Shown here in pieces: positions 1 through 13,421 of a DNA stretch of 64,000 nt. Within the stretch, counting starts at the first letter, position 1; every line of letters starts with the position of its first letter. Both the position numbers and the translations under genes were made by a program. Source of the stretch: Okamejei kenojei (lineage: Eukaryota); contig CM069161.1 in assembly GCA_035221665.1 (NCBI GenBank), forward strand, positions 2,108,001 to 2,172,000. Direction: 5' to 3'. Below the pieces are notes generated by a model, which was given only the letters and a program-made list of their open reading frames with translations, was not told the DNA's origin and ran no database searches.

Positions 1-389
1 CAACTAATTTGCTCCAAATTGTAGGACAATCCCTCCCAATCCAAAAATTATCCAAGTGAACCTTTTCAGAATAGCCTCCAATGGAATAGTATTTTCTTTT
101 AAATGGGGAAACCAAAATTTATGCCAGAACGCCAGACGTCTCACAAGTGTCTTGTACAGTTGCACTAAGGCTCTGCCCTCATTGCTGAATCTGCCATCTC
201 ATTGTTAGAAAATGATGTGCTGAACTCTGCTGATTACAGTGAAAGATCTCCGTGTGAGATCATCTTTCACTATGTGACAAATCTCAATGTTAATTTCTTT
301 CCAGGGGAGTGACTTCCTGCGAGGAACACAGACTTGCTGCCCAAGCAGCCTCCTTCCATGCTGCAACATAATGATTCAATGACTGCAGC

Positions 390-1520
390 CAACATAACTA
401 AGGATCACTCACGCTCCAGTTATTTCCTCTTCTCTTCCATTGGGCAGAAGGTACAGAAACTTGAAAGCATGTCACCATGTTCAAGGACAGCTTCTTCCCT
501 GTTAACCATATAACCATATAACAATTACAGCACGGAAACAGGCCCTCTCAGCCCTTCCAGTCCGTGCCGATCATTTGTTTTCCCCTAGTCCCATCTACCT
601 GCACTCAGACCACACCCGTCCATTCCCTTCCCGTCCATATACCTATCCACTTTACTTTTAAATGTTAAAATCGATCCTGCCTCCACCACTTCTGCTGGAA
701 GCTCATTCCACACAGCCACCACCCTCTGAGTAAAGAAGTTCCCCCTCATGTTACCCCTAAACTTCTGTCCCTTAATTCGCATGTCATGCCCTCTTGTTTG
801 AATCTTCCCTACCCTCAATGGGAAAAGCTTATCCACGTCAACTCTGTCTATCCCTTTCATCATTTTAAAGACCTCAATCAAGTCCCCCCTTAACCTTCTG
901 CGCTCCAAAGAATAAAGACCTAACTTGTTCAACCTTTCTCTGTAACATAGTTGCTGGAACCCTGGCAACATTCTAGTAAATCTCCTCTGTACTCTCTCTA
1001 TTTTGTTGACATCCTTCCTATAATTAGGCGACCAAAATTGTACACCATACTCCAGAATTGGTCTTACCAATGCCTTGTACAATTTTAACATTACTTCCCT
1101 ACTCCTATATTCAATGCTCTGATTTATAAAGGCCAGCACACCAAAGGCTTTCTTTACCACCCCATCTACATGCGATTCCACCTTCAGGGAACTATGCACA
1201 GTTATTCCTAGATCCCTCTGTTCCACAGCATTGTTGCCTTTGTACAGGCATCCAACATGCTAGGAATGTATTCCTGATCTCCCAACCTACCTTGCATCTT
1301 TTTTGAATCTGCACTTTACAGCTGGGAAACTATATTCTCCACTGTGTTCACTTTTTTTCTCTTTAAGGGTGTTGTGCTTATGTTTGGTAAGAGAGCACTC
1401 TAACATTGAAGATCGCACACATCTAAGATAGTGTGGTGAGATTGCACTCACGCATGGTACCATTTTCCCTGGATAGTACGCAAAACAGTTTTTCGCTGTA
1501 TCTCATGACATGACAATGAT
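390..1520 (+). mobile_element. Degenerate Rex1/Babar-like LINE 3' fragment, interrupted by the CR1 at 504-1230
   Basis: ggcagaaggtacagaaacttgaaagc...caaggacagcttcttccc motif before the CR1; ttttcgctgtatctcatgacatgacaat-type tail after it. Family recalled, not searched. Confidence 0.45.
504..1230 (-). mobile_element. 5'-truncated CR1 LINE (ORF2 C-terminus plus 3' tail)
   Basis: ORF 585-1226 is uninterrupted, with CR1 motifs LYKALVRPILEY, LERRRLRGDLIEVFK, FFTQRVV; 8-nt tail repeat (aaccatat)x2. Confidence 0.92.
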
Positions 1521-1589
1521 GTAATGACAATGACCTATGAGCAATTGTTCTTGTGCAAGGCTCCATTGGAGAAGATGTAGAGATTTGCA

Positions 1590-1935
1590 TCCTTTCAGAA
1601 GCTTAAAGAAAATCCGAGAGTTTTGCAGCCAATTAAATGCTTTTAGGGGTGCATGCTTGGAAATGTGAGTGTAACTGCAGTGGGCAGATTATCTGTTCTG
1701 GTGATGCTGGTTGAAGGATCAGTATTGGCTGGGGATAAATTACCAGATCTTCATCAATATCTTTCCAATTTACCTGACATGGCAAACCCCATTTCACCTG
1801 CAGCACGGAACCTGTGATGATCTTGTTTACTTTCGGCTATACTCTAGGGCTACTGACCTAGATTACAACTCTCATGAAATTAGGGTAACATCTTATTTTA
1901 GAATCTTCTGCCTCAGAGGTGAAGGTGTATGCAGG
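1590..1935 (-). mobile_element. Degenerate SacSINE1/DeuSINE-like SINE
   Basis: Resembles the recalled reverse consensus (gttgaaggatcagtattggc...cctagatt...cttctgcctcagaggtga). Confidence 0.5.
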
Positions 1936-2084
1936 GAATTTAAAGTAAAATCAGGAAATGCTGGAAAAACATAGAACAGGGAACATCTGTGGAAAAAGAG
2001 TATTAAACGTTCAGGCCCAGGATCATTGATTGGACGGAGAAGGCTGCTTCACCTGAATTATTAACCTTTCCTCTTTACGTAGAT

Positions 2085-2278
2085 GTGCAGGAGGAACTGC
2101 AGATGCTGGTTTACTCCGAAGATAGGCACAAAATGCTGGAGTAACTCAGCAAGATAGACAGCAGGAATGGGGAACGTTGAGACCCTTCTTCCATCTGAAG
2201 ATCCTGAAACGTCATCCATTCCTTCTATCCAGAGATGCTGTCTGACAGGCTGAGTTACTCCAGTATTTTGTGTCTATG
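2085..2278. mobile_element. Degenerate palindromic Penelope-derived mini-element
   Basis: Arms cacaaaatgctggagtaactcagc / gctgagttactccagtattttgtg around a decayed ctgaaga..gaaacgtc core. Confidence 0.7.
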
Positions 2279-3089
2279 CTCTTTACACAGATGCTGCCTG
2301 ACCTCTGGAGGGATTCCAGTATTTTCTGATGATATTTGAGATACTTTGGAAGTGGGGCCAGGAACTCATCACAAATCATGGTGCACGGTCATCAGGCTGA
2401 AGACTTCATCAACAGGGGAGTGAGACTTTTCTACTTCACTTCCCAGCCATGAGGTCCAAGGAGTTGGGTTAATGACTTGGAGTACAGATGGAGTAGGTGT
2501 TCCAGCGCTGAGTAATTATCACTCAGCGACCAGACTGAGAACATCGTATCTGTTACAAGAGTGTTCATGCCCAGAGCTCAACATAAGCACTGAACGATTT
2601 TACATACAAACAGTCTGGGGAAGGAATTAATTTTGGTCAGTGATATCGTATCTACTGGCAGTCCAGTTTCAGTGGGAGTGAATGTGGAGGAAGCCTTACA
2701 ACAGGCAGGAAGTGCAAGTCAAATATCTACCTCGCTTCACTTTTTGCAAATGTAAACTTTGGTTCATACCTTTTGTGATTCAATTATAAAATAATTTACT
2801 GATGGTTGTTTTCAATGTAATTTGTGTTTGCATTCATCTGTGGAAAAATGCAAACCTCCAACTGAGAAGGAATAGGTCATTTGTTGCATTTGTAGATTTC
2901 ACTATATTTTACTGTAGTAGAGCTCAACTGTGTTAGTGCACATGAAGGAATACCGTCTGGCTGAAAATTAAAAAGCGATACGTACCCTCACTAAAGTCAT
3001 CGGGTATAAAATCCAAGCTGTAAAAAGAGGTTACCAATCACCAACAGAAGTGTGACCCTGCTGAGCATGACAGCATTCATTCCTATGCA

Positions 3090-3305
3090 AAAAATACATA
3101 GTTCTGGAGTAACTCTGCGAGTCAGGCAGCACCTCTGTACAACACGGACAGGTGACAATTTGCGCCGGGGCCCTTCTTCAGAATGAAGTGTCCTGACCCA
3201 AAGAGTCGCCTACCCGTTCTCTAAAGATGCTGCTTATCCCGGTGATTACTCCAGCATGTTGTGTTTTTTTGCTCAAGATTCCAGCATCTGCCGTTCCTTG
3301 TGTCT
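3090..3305. mobile_element. Degenerate palindromic Penelope-derived mini-element
   Basis: Inverted arms (ctggagtaactc / gattactccag), central cccttcttcaga, terminal ccagcatctg..gttccttgtgtct. Confidence 0.65.
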
Positions 3306-3731
3306 AGCCTCTTTCATACTTTGTAACTTACTAAACTGAATCGGCTAAATTGTATCATTCAGGCTAGTTTATGAATACAAATGTGAAATGAGCTGTTTAT
3401 GGTCTGTGAGTTTGAGAAGTACAGAAGAAACCGTGTAGACGATGCTACCAGATAGATGTTTAAGATGGTAGATTGTGCTATTCAATCAAACTGCATCCTT
3501 CTGAGTGTTGAGCATCAGTGTCCTTTGATCTGCGCCCATTTAGCAAAATGACCAATGTTATATCTTACTCCGATCTTGCTCCTTACAGGCAATGGACAGT
3601 TTGGGGGATGTCAGGAAGTAAGTCTTTCACTCAAGATTACAAAGTGTCAACCCTGTTTGTTTTGCCAGAGTGTTTATCGGGCGGCTTCGGATAATGAAAG
3701 GGTGAAATGCAGGCGTCAGAACATTGATGTC

Positions 3732-4745
3732 GACACAGAATGCTGGATTAACTCAACGGGACAGGCAGCATCTCTGGAGAGAAGGAATGGGTGACGTTTC
3801 GGGTCGAGACCCTTCTTCAGACTGATGCCAGGGGAGTGGGCGGTACAGATATAGAATGTAGTTGGAGACAGTAAGACTGGTGGATGAACTGGGAAGGGGG
3901 AGGGGACGGAGAGAGACGGAAAGCAAGGGCTACTTGAAGTTAGAGAAGGTAATATTCATACCTCTGGGGTGTAAGCTACCAAGGAAAATATGAGGTGCTG
4001 TTCCTCCAATTTGCGCTAGGCCTCTCTGACAATGGAGGAGCCCAGGACAGAAAGGTCAGATTGAGAATGGGAGGGGGAGTTAAAGCGTTGAGCAACCAGG
4101 TGATCAGATAGGTTAAGGCAGACTGAGCGGAGGTGTTCAGTGAAACGATCGCCGAGCCTGCGCTTGGTCTTGCCGATATACTGGAGTTGTCACCTGGAAC
4201 AGCGGATACAGTAGATGAGGCTGGAGGAAGTGCAAGCCTCACCTGAAAAGATTGTCAGGGTTCTTGGATAGAGTTGAGGGAGGGGGTAAAGGGACAGGTG
4301 TTGCATCTCCTGCGTTTTCAGGAGAAAGTGCTTGGGGAGGGAAACAGTCTGCAAAAAGCAGAAGGGGGTGAAGATGGGAAGATGTGGCCAGTAGTGAGAT
4401 CCCGTTGGAGATGGCGAAAATGTTGTAAGATTATATACTGTATTCGACTGCTGATGGGGTGGAAGGCGAGGGCAAGGGGGACTTTGTCCTTGTTACAAAT
4501 GGGGGGAGGGGGAGCAAGAGCGGAGCTGCGGGATATCGAGATCTTAGTGAGAGCCTCATCTATAATGGATGAGGGGAACCCCCGCTCGCTAAAGAATGAT
4601 GACCTGGCATGGAAAACCCTCATCCTGGCCGCAGATGCAGCGTAGATGGAGGAATTGGAAGCAAAGGATACTCTTTGCAGGAAGCAGGGTGGGTAGATGT
4701 GTAGTCTAGATAGCTATGGGTGTCAGTGGGTTTGTAATAGATATT
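3732..4745 (-). mobile_element. Penelope-like element fragment (RT C-terminus, GIY-YIG, 3' repeat with hammerhead core), frameshifted
   Basis: Minus strand encodes IYYKPTDTHSYLDYTSTHP (Penelope RT) and F.ERGFPSSIIDEAL; the GIY-YIG DNA matches the 5818-6158 copy. Confidence 0.85.
3793..3820 (-). ncRNA. Minimal hammerhead ribozyme core (Penelope-associated)
   Basis: CTGAAGA-A-GGGTC-TC-GACCC-GAAA-CGTC: intact core boxes and stem II, palindromic ACGT stem III; stem I weak. Confidence 0.65.
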
Positions 4746-5817
4746 ATTAATGATAATGCTGACTTATTGATGGTGTCTCATAACAGGACCCAAGTATGAG
4801 GTTCGACTGTCAGTGGAGTTGGGCATTGCCTGATACTTGTATGCCATGAAAATAACACAAAAAAACATAGATGTTGGAAATCTGGAATAAAAAAGCATGA
4901 AAATATTGGAAATACTCAGCAGGATCGGCATCATCTTTGGAAAGAGAAAAATAATCAATGTTTCAGGTTAATGGTCTGAGTGTGTGCTACTTTCCATCAA
5001 CAGCTTAAATCTGTATGTTACGACTTTCTGCTTCACAATCTGTGCATTGGTCATTGACCAGTCACTACTTCTGGATCACAGCATGCTCCATCCCAATATA
5101 TTTTCTCCTATGACAATTCCACGGCCTTTTAATTTGTGATGGCACTTGCAATGATTTGTGTCCACTGCTCCAGATTTCTGCTGTTTACTATTTTTCAGGC
5201 ATTTTGAGATTCTATTCTTCCCACCAAAATATACCACTCATGGAGATCAAATTAAAGTTCATTTACCTACTACCCAATCTGACAGTTAATTACTTTGCTT
5301 CTGTACTTGAAATAATATAATATGCTGGAAACAGTCAAAAGGTCAAGCAGCATCTGTTGAAAAAGAGAAATAATGTTTTTGTTCTAAAACTCTTTGTGCA
5401 TTTATTTTTTCAAAATACTTTTTTATTACTTTTATTTTCCTGGATTTTATCAGCTATCAATAGATTGAACTCCCCAGTTCAAGTTTTAACGCTGGTCCTT
5501 ATCTTGGTCATCACAAAATACCTCAGTGAACCTCCTGATGAGCGGATTAACTTTCATACCCTATTGCCAATTTTCTAACTAGCACTTAAAGTTGAAAGGC
5601 ATTGTATTTCCTCGATATCTGAAAAATATAAACATGCTAGTTTCTCACTAATAGTTCATAAGAGCTGTAACTGAAAAATGGTTTCACCCATGCCACAATT
5701 TTCCGGCGTTTAGAGGCACTTTGTTGGCAGCCAACAATATAGCCACATCCACGTGTTTATAGTTTTGTTATATCTTTTAGTTTGGAGATATGGTGTGGAA
5801 ACAGACCCTTCGGTCCA

Positions 5818-6485
5818 AGCAGTCCTTCCAGGTCCGACAGAGGTTCACCTGCACCTCCTCCAACCTCATCTACTGCATCCGCTGCTCCAGATGCCAGATG
5901 ATCTATATCGGTGAGACCAAGCGGAGGCTTGGCGATCGTTTCGCCGAACACCTCCGCTCGGTCCGCAATAACCAACCCGACCTCCCGGTGGTTCAGCACT
6001 TCAACTCCCCCTCCCATTCCGTAACCGATCTCTCGGTCCTGGGCCTCCTCCACGGCCAGAGTGAACAACATCGCAAGTTGGAGGAACAGCACCTCATATT
6101 CCGCTTGGGGAGTCTGCATCCTCTGGGCTTGAACATTGAATTTTCTCAATTCTGTTAACCCTTGCTTTCTCCTCCCCTTCCCACCTCTCCCTCAGCCCTC
6201 GGGCCCTGGCATTCCCTCTCTCTCTATCTCTCTCCCCCACCCTAGTCACACTAGCTTCTCATTTTCACACCACAAACAGCTTACAATGGCTTGTTCCCTT
6301 TATCATCGAATACTTTTTTGCATATCTTTCATTCATTGTTCTTTATCTCTCCTCATCACCGTCTATATCTCTCGTTTCCCTGATCCCTGACCAGTCTGAA
6401 GAAGGGTCTCGACCCGAAACGTCGCCTATCTCCTTCGCTCCTTAGATGCTGCTGCACCCGCTGAGTTTCTCCAGCTTTATGTGTA
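5818..6485 (+). mobile_element. 5'-truncated Penelope-like element: GIY-YIG endonuclease end plus 3' repeat
   Basis: ORF FTCTSSNLIYCIRCSRCQMIYIGETKRRLGDRFAEH...GLN. Flanked by ccttcggtcca (5807-5817) and ccttcgatcca (6486-6496). Confidence 0.9.
6396..6423 (+). ncRNA. Minimal hammerhead ribozyme core in the Penelope 3' repeat
   Basis: ctgaaga agggtctcgaccc gaaa cgtc. Confidence 0.65.
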
Positions 6486-7029
6486 CCTTCGATCCACTAT
6501 GTCCGTGCAGACCAACAATCAGGCATACGCTAGCTTTAATCCTACCCGTACGGATAATTTATAGAAGCCAACTAACCTCCAAACCTGCACATCTTTGGAA
6601 TGTGGAAAGAAAGCAGAACACCCGGTGAAAAACAAGGAAAATGTACAAACTCCTTGCAGACAGAACCTGGTTCTCTGGCGCTGCAAGGCAGCAACTCTAC
6701 TACTACGGAATTGTGCTGCGTGTTGACTAATCCTCATGCCGAAGCTGCAAATCTGAAACAGCACAAAGTATTGGAAACATTCACCCGGTCCTAGTGCTTC
6801 CAGGTTTTTCTGCTTTTATTTTATTGTTTCTGCCCATTTTTGTTACACCTCATCAAATTTCAGAACTATTGGGATCCAAAAGCCTCAAGTGGTTAAATAA
6901 GGATCAGACGTGTCCCGTTTGCAAAGTCCTTCCTTGGCATCATCCCTCCCTACATCGCTAATATCGCCAACACCAAGCAAGGCCTTCCTCCAGCGCCATC
7001 TACTTGGCAGTGCTGTCGACCAGCTAGTA

Positions 7030-7560
7030 GAGTCATAGAATGATAGTGTGGAGATAGTGTCCCACTTGCCTGCGCTTGGTCCATACCCCTCCAATAGTCC
7101 CGGCCTCAACTACCTCCTCTGGCAACTTGTTCCATACACCCACCACCTTTTGTGAGAAAAAGTTACCCCTCGGATTCCTTTTAAATATTTTCCCCCTCAC
7201 CTTGAGTATATATCCTCTGGTACTCGATTCCCCTACTCTGGGCAAGAGACTGTGTATCTACCCGATCTATTCCTCTCATGATTTTATACATCTCTATAAG
7301 TTCACCCCTCACCCTCCTGCGCTCCATGGAATAGGGACCCAGCCTACTCAACCTCTCCCCATAGCTCACACCCTCCAGTCCTGGCAACATCCTCGTAAAT
7401 CTTTTCTGAACCCTTTCAAGCTTGACAATATCTTTCCTATAACATAGTGCCCAGAACTGAACACAATATTCTAGATACAGTCTCACCAATGTCTTATACA
7501 ACTGCAACATGACCTACCAACTTCTATACTCAATACTCTGACGGATGAAGGCCAAGTACT
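7030..7560 (-). mobile_element. CR1 LINE 3' fragment, frameshifted
   Basis: ORFs 7181-7510 and 7033-7245 carry CR1 ORF2 C-terminal motifs. Confidence 0.88.
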
Positions 7561-7949
7561 CAAAGCTCTGGAATTTACTCTGCATTTGTATCTCTTGTCA
7601 CTCTGCAAAATCTACCTCTGTCTTTGCCACCATCATATACATCTCAACAAAACATTATTTGTCTTGACTTAATACTTCCAACAATATTTGATATTTAATA
7701 TCTTAATATTTGAGGCTGAGATTTTCCTAATGGAGCAAAGTGCAATTGGGATTTCTTTGGAATTGAAGAATTATGTGATAGTAAGGGGAAAATATTTTCT
7801 GAGATGTGTCAACATTATTACTTCAGAATTAACTGTGTTTATTTTGTTTTTGTCTGGTAGGTACATTGTGTAGGTCCTTGGCTTTTGAGATTGCAGGAAA
7901 GAATTGAGGATTGGTGTGAGCAGCACATTCAAGGTAAGATCTCATGAAA

Positions 7950-8177
7950 GGACAGAAAGAGCTGAATAACTCAGCAGGTCAGGTAGCATCACTGGTGAAC
8001 ATCGATATGTGATGTTTCAGTCAAGAACCTTCTTCAGACTGATTGGTCTGAGGAAGGGTCTTAATCAGAAATGTCACCTACCCATGTTCTCAGGAGACGC
8101 TGCCTGATCTGCTGAGTTACTGAAGCAAATTGTGACGTTTTGCATATTAACCAGCATCTGTAGTTTTTTGTTTCTAC
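7950..8177. mobile_element. Degenerate palindromic Penelope-derived mini-element
   Basis: taactcagcaggtcagg / cctgatctgctgagtta arms with decayed hammerhead cores on both strands. Confidence 0.7.
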
Positions 8178-8399
8178 TCTAAGATCCCATGAATGAAGAT
8201 CTTTCCAAAGTAGAAAATTCTTAGTAAGATGCATCCGTAGATAATGAGCCTGCAATGAAGTATGACTCTGTAGCAGCTTGCTACCACTTGATTAAATATT
8301 CATCACGCACATTCTATCAAAGTTGCTCTGTGTTTCAATACTCCTTTGATGGAACAGCAGGTATTTCATATACAGGAATTTCAAAAATAACATTAATGA

Positions 8400-11300
8400 A
8401 AGTTGGGCTGTGGTGTTTCATTTAATTTGAAGTGTTAACCATTTATAAATATGTACAGTATTTCCATACAGTAAATTGCACAGATCATAATCTGTAAATG
8501 AAAAATAAAAACAGAAGCATTTGTTTATTTTTTTTGTTTTGTTTTTGCACTAACTCACAGCCCACATGTACAGACAATATTACTCTGCTCAGCAAGCAAC
8601 ACAGCAAAGAGAAATCTCCATCCAAAATATGGAAAGGGCCGCAGCCCAGGACGACCTGGACACAATATCACAACCTTTTGTAATTATTAATCAGTAACTG
8701 GAACAAAACATGCAGTTGATAATATACAGGAAAACTTCTTTACATTGAAAGAGAGAGGGAGAGAGAATGAGGGTGGCATGGAGAGAGAGGAAGGGACGAG
8801 AGAGAAATCCAATTTTTTTTTTACACAGCTCCTCAGATGATGCCTCGCTGTGTAAAAATGCCTTCCTGGCGTATTATTAAAAGTACAGCAAAAATAAAGG
8901 AACCCATGAATTAACGCAGAAATAACACATGGTGCAATATAATTTTCTGCGATTACATTCAAATGGTTAGTATTTTGTCCAAAAAAATCAAAGGAAGAAA
9001 AGCACCTACATGCATCCCTGCCGCAGCTGATTCTGCATCTTATTTATTCAACATTAATAAAAAATAACATTGCACTCCTCATTACGAAGGAACATTACTT
9101 CCTGTTACACGTTGCACTGTTTTGAGCTAATGATATAAAGATCAGACAGTTCTGAGTCATAAGTGTGTTTATCTTCTGGAGTGTCAATACCATTAAGGTC
9201 AATAATTTTAACTGCAAATATACATGTTCACTTAAAGTCAGAATATAAGCTTAAATGTACATTATGATAAACAATGTTCTGAAAATGCTCAGGGCTATTT
9301 TCAATGTGATATTTCTGGTGAAGGCCTGACAATTGATGTTCATGAACTATATATTGCACCTTGCCCCAATATTTTAATTTCCTCCCATAACAATATGATA
9401 CATTTGGGAAACTAAGCCAGTTTAGACACTGTACTTTGGAATCACTAGAGACAGAAGCAACAGATCTGTAAGATATATGTAGATATGTAATCACTAAATT
9501 ACATTTTTAAATCATGGCACTTTTAAAATAGTAGATTCCTGAATGTTTTATGCAGTTTTAGTGCTGCACAATACATGATTTAACCAGCCTCCATGGTGGT
9601 TCACCAACATATTTAAGACAATTTTTGTTGGTTTACACAGCGTTGATTTTATGACCCTCACTTATCCATGCACCAAGCTACTAAATGGCCGATAAATATA
9701 CAGCATGTGTGCCTAATTTAATTTGGGTATACTTGCATCTTTGAGATCGAAGATGATAAAGCATTAATGTCTCATAATTTGCCACATTTAAAGAGTGCTT
9801 CAAAACATCACTAGAATAAGATGCTCTTTATATTATAAGGTTGCTGAGGGTTGGTGTTACTGTTTACATTAGGAGCAATCAATAACTTTAATATCAAACA
9901 TCATAAATTGAAAAGTAAATGATAAAATCACACAGTATTGAACATTCTACAAATAGGCCAGAGAGTACAATTGGATCAAATTTTAGTCCTATAAAGCCGT
10001 TTCAGTTTCCTGTTGAAAGGTTACTCCCATAGTTCTGTTGGCAGTGGCATTGCATTGATCATTGTCAGCAGGTTATGCAATTGGACAATGGAAACCCAGT
10101 CAACGAGGTCCAGCAAAAACAACAACTCTCTGTTCAGCAAAACCACAAGATCTAGCAAGATGATCTGCGCTTCAGTCACAGGAATCACATTGATATCTTA
10201 ACTTTAAGCTAGTTAAAGATATGGGCAACAAGAATATAGAATTGCCGTGACAATGAAAGTTAGCATGTTCCTGTGATCTTAAACGTTGCAGGCTAAAGGA
10301 AACATTCAGCCAACACAACTTAACTCCAAATTACATTACCGCTGCTTGATCTATCATTAACAAAAGGCTTCAAAGAGATTTTGAGAACCAGATTGATATA
10401 AATAGGCATGCTCAAGATTTCTTCAGAATATAACCCAACGAGTGGCCCTGATTGTGCATTTTACTTAGGCCAGAATTAAGAAATGGTATTTTTCCACTCT
10501 AAGCCTTCCAGTAATTCCATTGTGATCTTTCTAGCTGGTGATACTAGCCCCACATACTTTATGAAAATGACCCATCCAATGCATCCATTTTCCTAGCAGT
10601 TTTAGGTAGTTTCTCTTCTCCTTATTAACTCTTGCAAATAAATTGTTTTTGCCTAGAGTACAGTCCAATATAATTTACAAGCAGAAAATCCATGAACTCA
10701 TTCTTAGTTGTGCTGTTCCAATCTAGATTTATAAGCAAATGTGAGGTGAAGCCATCATACATCGCAGGCCCTCTCTCATCAATGTAACGGTGAGTTTCTA
10801 CAACTGAATTCTGTACTACAAAAATATTATAGGCACATGAGAAAATGAATTTATGTGCATTTCCAGGCAATATGTACCTTGGCTATGTTCATTATATACA
10901 CGGTGAAAGTGGGAGTTAAGTTATGCGCTGTTGGAGTTTCCAAGGAAGTGCATTTGTGGAATGCTGGATTAGTGCCAAATGTGGCATTTATTTGCAGCAA
11001 CCCTTTTGTGCTACAAATTTAGAATTTTGTTTTTTTTCCCTGTGAAATATCAAGGATCACAATTGTTCATCTCCTAATGAGAGCACTAATCACAATTATC
11101 TATCCAGTATATAAAGATCAACAATAAAGTGCACTCATATACAGGAAATATGGATGGCAAACTTTCAGTACAATTTCTTGAAATATGTGATGATGTAATT
11201 AAGGAGCTGCACACTATGATTTATGTGTTTTTTTGCCTATCCTTTTGTATTTTAATGCTAAATGACTTCATATATCTTCATATAACTTCATTTATCTGAA

Positions 11301-13421
11301 GTGCATCTGGGGGACATTTCCAAATATTACTAGAATTAAATGGCAGTGAAGTAGAGATAGCTCCAAAAGAAAAAGCAAGCTATCTTGTAAACAAAATTGA
11401 GCAACATGCTAATTCATACAGTTGGAAATTATAACAGAGGAAGGAGTAAAAAGAATGACAAAGGTAGGATCAAAATATTCTTAATAGTAATAGAGATAAA
11501 TTAAGCAGTACGACAGCAATGACTTCTAGATTTGAGGAGCTGGAGAGAAGATAATGCTTAGCAGAAGACAAACACTTCCCACAGGGAATATTAGGAGAAA
11601 CAAGGAAACCAAGTTATGAACTTGATAGCAGTTCATTTCATGACAATTGTGGTTCTAATTTCAACTCAGAATATGTGCAACTCGATCTCTCTTTAAAGCG
11701 AAGGATTTAAAAACCAACAGGTGGAGCGTTATTGGAAAACAAAGTAGGAATAAGGCTGGGAAAAATATCAGGAATGTTAATTGGGACAAATAATCCAACT
11801 TAAATATATGTACAATGTGTTTTAGATACCCCTAATGTTAATTTTTTATTATCTTAAATAACAAGAGCGATGGACCACATCAGGACTACATGGTTCTGCA
11901 TGAAACATTTTTCCAACGGCAGTGCAGTGGGATTTTATAAAAGGAACTTTAAATATAAAATCTAAAGTACACAATTGAAACTAAAATAGAGCAGGAAACG
12001 AGTAGTGTGCAAGTGGGCAGCTTTCATACAATTGAATCTAATTGTGGGGTACTGCTGAATATATGTAATGGCATTTTAAAACCATACAGTTGGATATCTG
12101 AGTAATTCTGCTCAGACCTTTGTGCATTTTCGAATTACTCCTTTGAGGATGGTGCATTTTAGCACCGTCGGAACTTACAACAGAATTCTATCTTTTATTT
12201 GGAATATCTACTGCCAAGAATTGTTAAATTCACTTCAGCAATTTAGTGTAGAATATAAAGGAACCTTGGTAAACCAGCATCTGCAGTTCCTTGTTTCTAC
12301 ATAAAAGAACTTTTTAGTTGTTGGTGGAGAGGGGACAAGTGTTCGTTCTGAAAGTGTTCCATTGCTGGCAACCTAACAGATTTCTTTGTAGGTGAGATGG
12401 GACAGCACAATGAAAGAGGTGGAGAGGTTGGCCAATAGAACATGAAAACCATCAAAGCAGGTGTAGTTGCTTAAGAGTAGAAGCGAATAGTCCTGGGAAC
12501 ACCAGAGAAATGGTGTCTATTCCCTTTATCTGGGTTTTCTGGGTTCCCACAGCCTTTCTGTCCAAGAAATAGTGAAGGGGCAGGAGAATGCCAGGGATAA
12601 TCAGCTCTACAGTTTGGGAATGTCCCCTTGTATTCACATCAATTCAGCAATTGTTGCACCTGGTTTAAAATAAAGTTTAGAAAAATGTTACCCTATACAA
12701 GTTGACTTAACTTAAAATATTCTTAAATATTAATAACTACAGGTCTGTAGAGAGCAAAACTTCATACAACATTTACAGTATTAAACAGAATAACCTTGCA
12801 GCTGAAACAAACACTGTTTATCTCTGAAGGTAGAATATTTCTAATCCCATGCTGGTGCTGAGAATTGATTTTTATGCAGATTAGTGCTTGAGGTTTTGGA
12901 AACATACCGACAGTTCTGTGTAATGTGCCCATTATGTATAAATTATAGTAAATTGATTACAAGTTGTACAAATCACAGCATTGTCTTTGAAAATAAATGT
13001 CAATTATCTGCACCGTATTGTAATTTATGTGTCAGACTTCCTTAAAAAGTCCAATTAAAATTGCTCATTGTACATTTTAACTATACCTATGTAAAGTAAA
13101 AAGGTGAGCTGACCTGATAATGGATTAGTCTAGCATTCGTCACTTAACCATTCATACTTTGAATTTGATTTCATGTCTCTTTCCCCAACATTTAAACTTC
13201 TGTACATTTGTTAGAAAAGTTAGAAACAACAAAGAATTCAGTAACGAAATAAAACTAAACCCACTAGTTTCTTTTCCTCTGGCTTATTTCGAATGCAAGT
13301 GGAAGCAGCTTCATTGCACAGTGCACCGTGTGATTACATGTGCAGGAGATATAATAGCAGATCTGCTATTATACTTCTGCAGTGGCTCACAACATGGGAT
13401 TTAGAATCTAGAGGATTGCCT
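8400..13421 (-). other. TANC2: Probable TANC2 3'UTR (~5 kb)
   Basis: AT-rich and essentially TE-free from the stop codon to candidate poly(A) signals; TE density resumes below ~8200. The end point is inferred. Confidence 0.6.
8421..8529 (-). terminator. Candidate TANC2 polyadenylation signals AATAAA (8524-8529) and ATTAAA (8421-8426)
   Basis: Minus-strand hexamers, each preceded by TGTA motifs, located where the TE-free zone ends. Confidence 0.5.

Larger units (their letters stand above)
5775..6722 (-). mobile_element. HE1/V-SINE split by a Penelope insertion (pieces 5775-5817 and 6497-6722)
   Basis: SINE tail on the left; V-domain (acatctttggaatgtggaaagaaagcagaacacccgg) and tRNA-like head on the right. 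Confidence 0.75.

Noticed and set aside
5790-6158. GIY-YIG ORF as a host nuclease or homing endonuclease gene
   Set aside because: It is a 5'-truncated Penelope fragment with several decayed copies in the window; its ATG comes from the flanking SINE.
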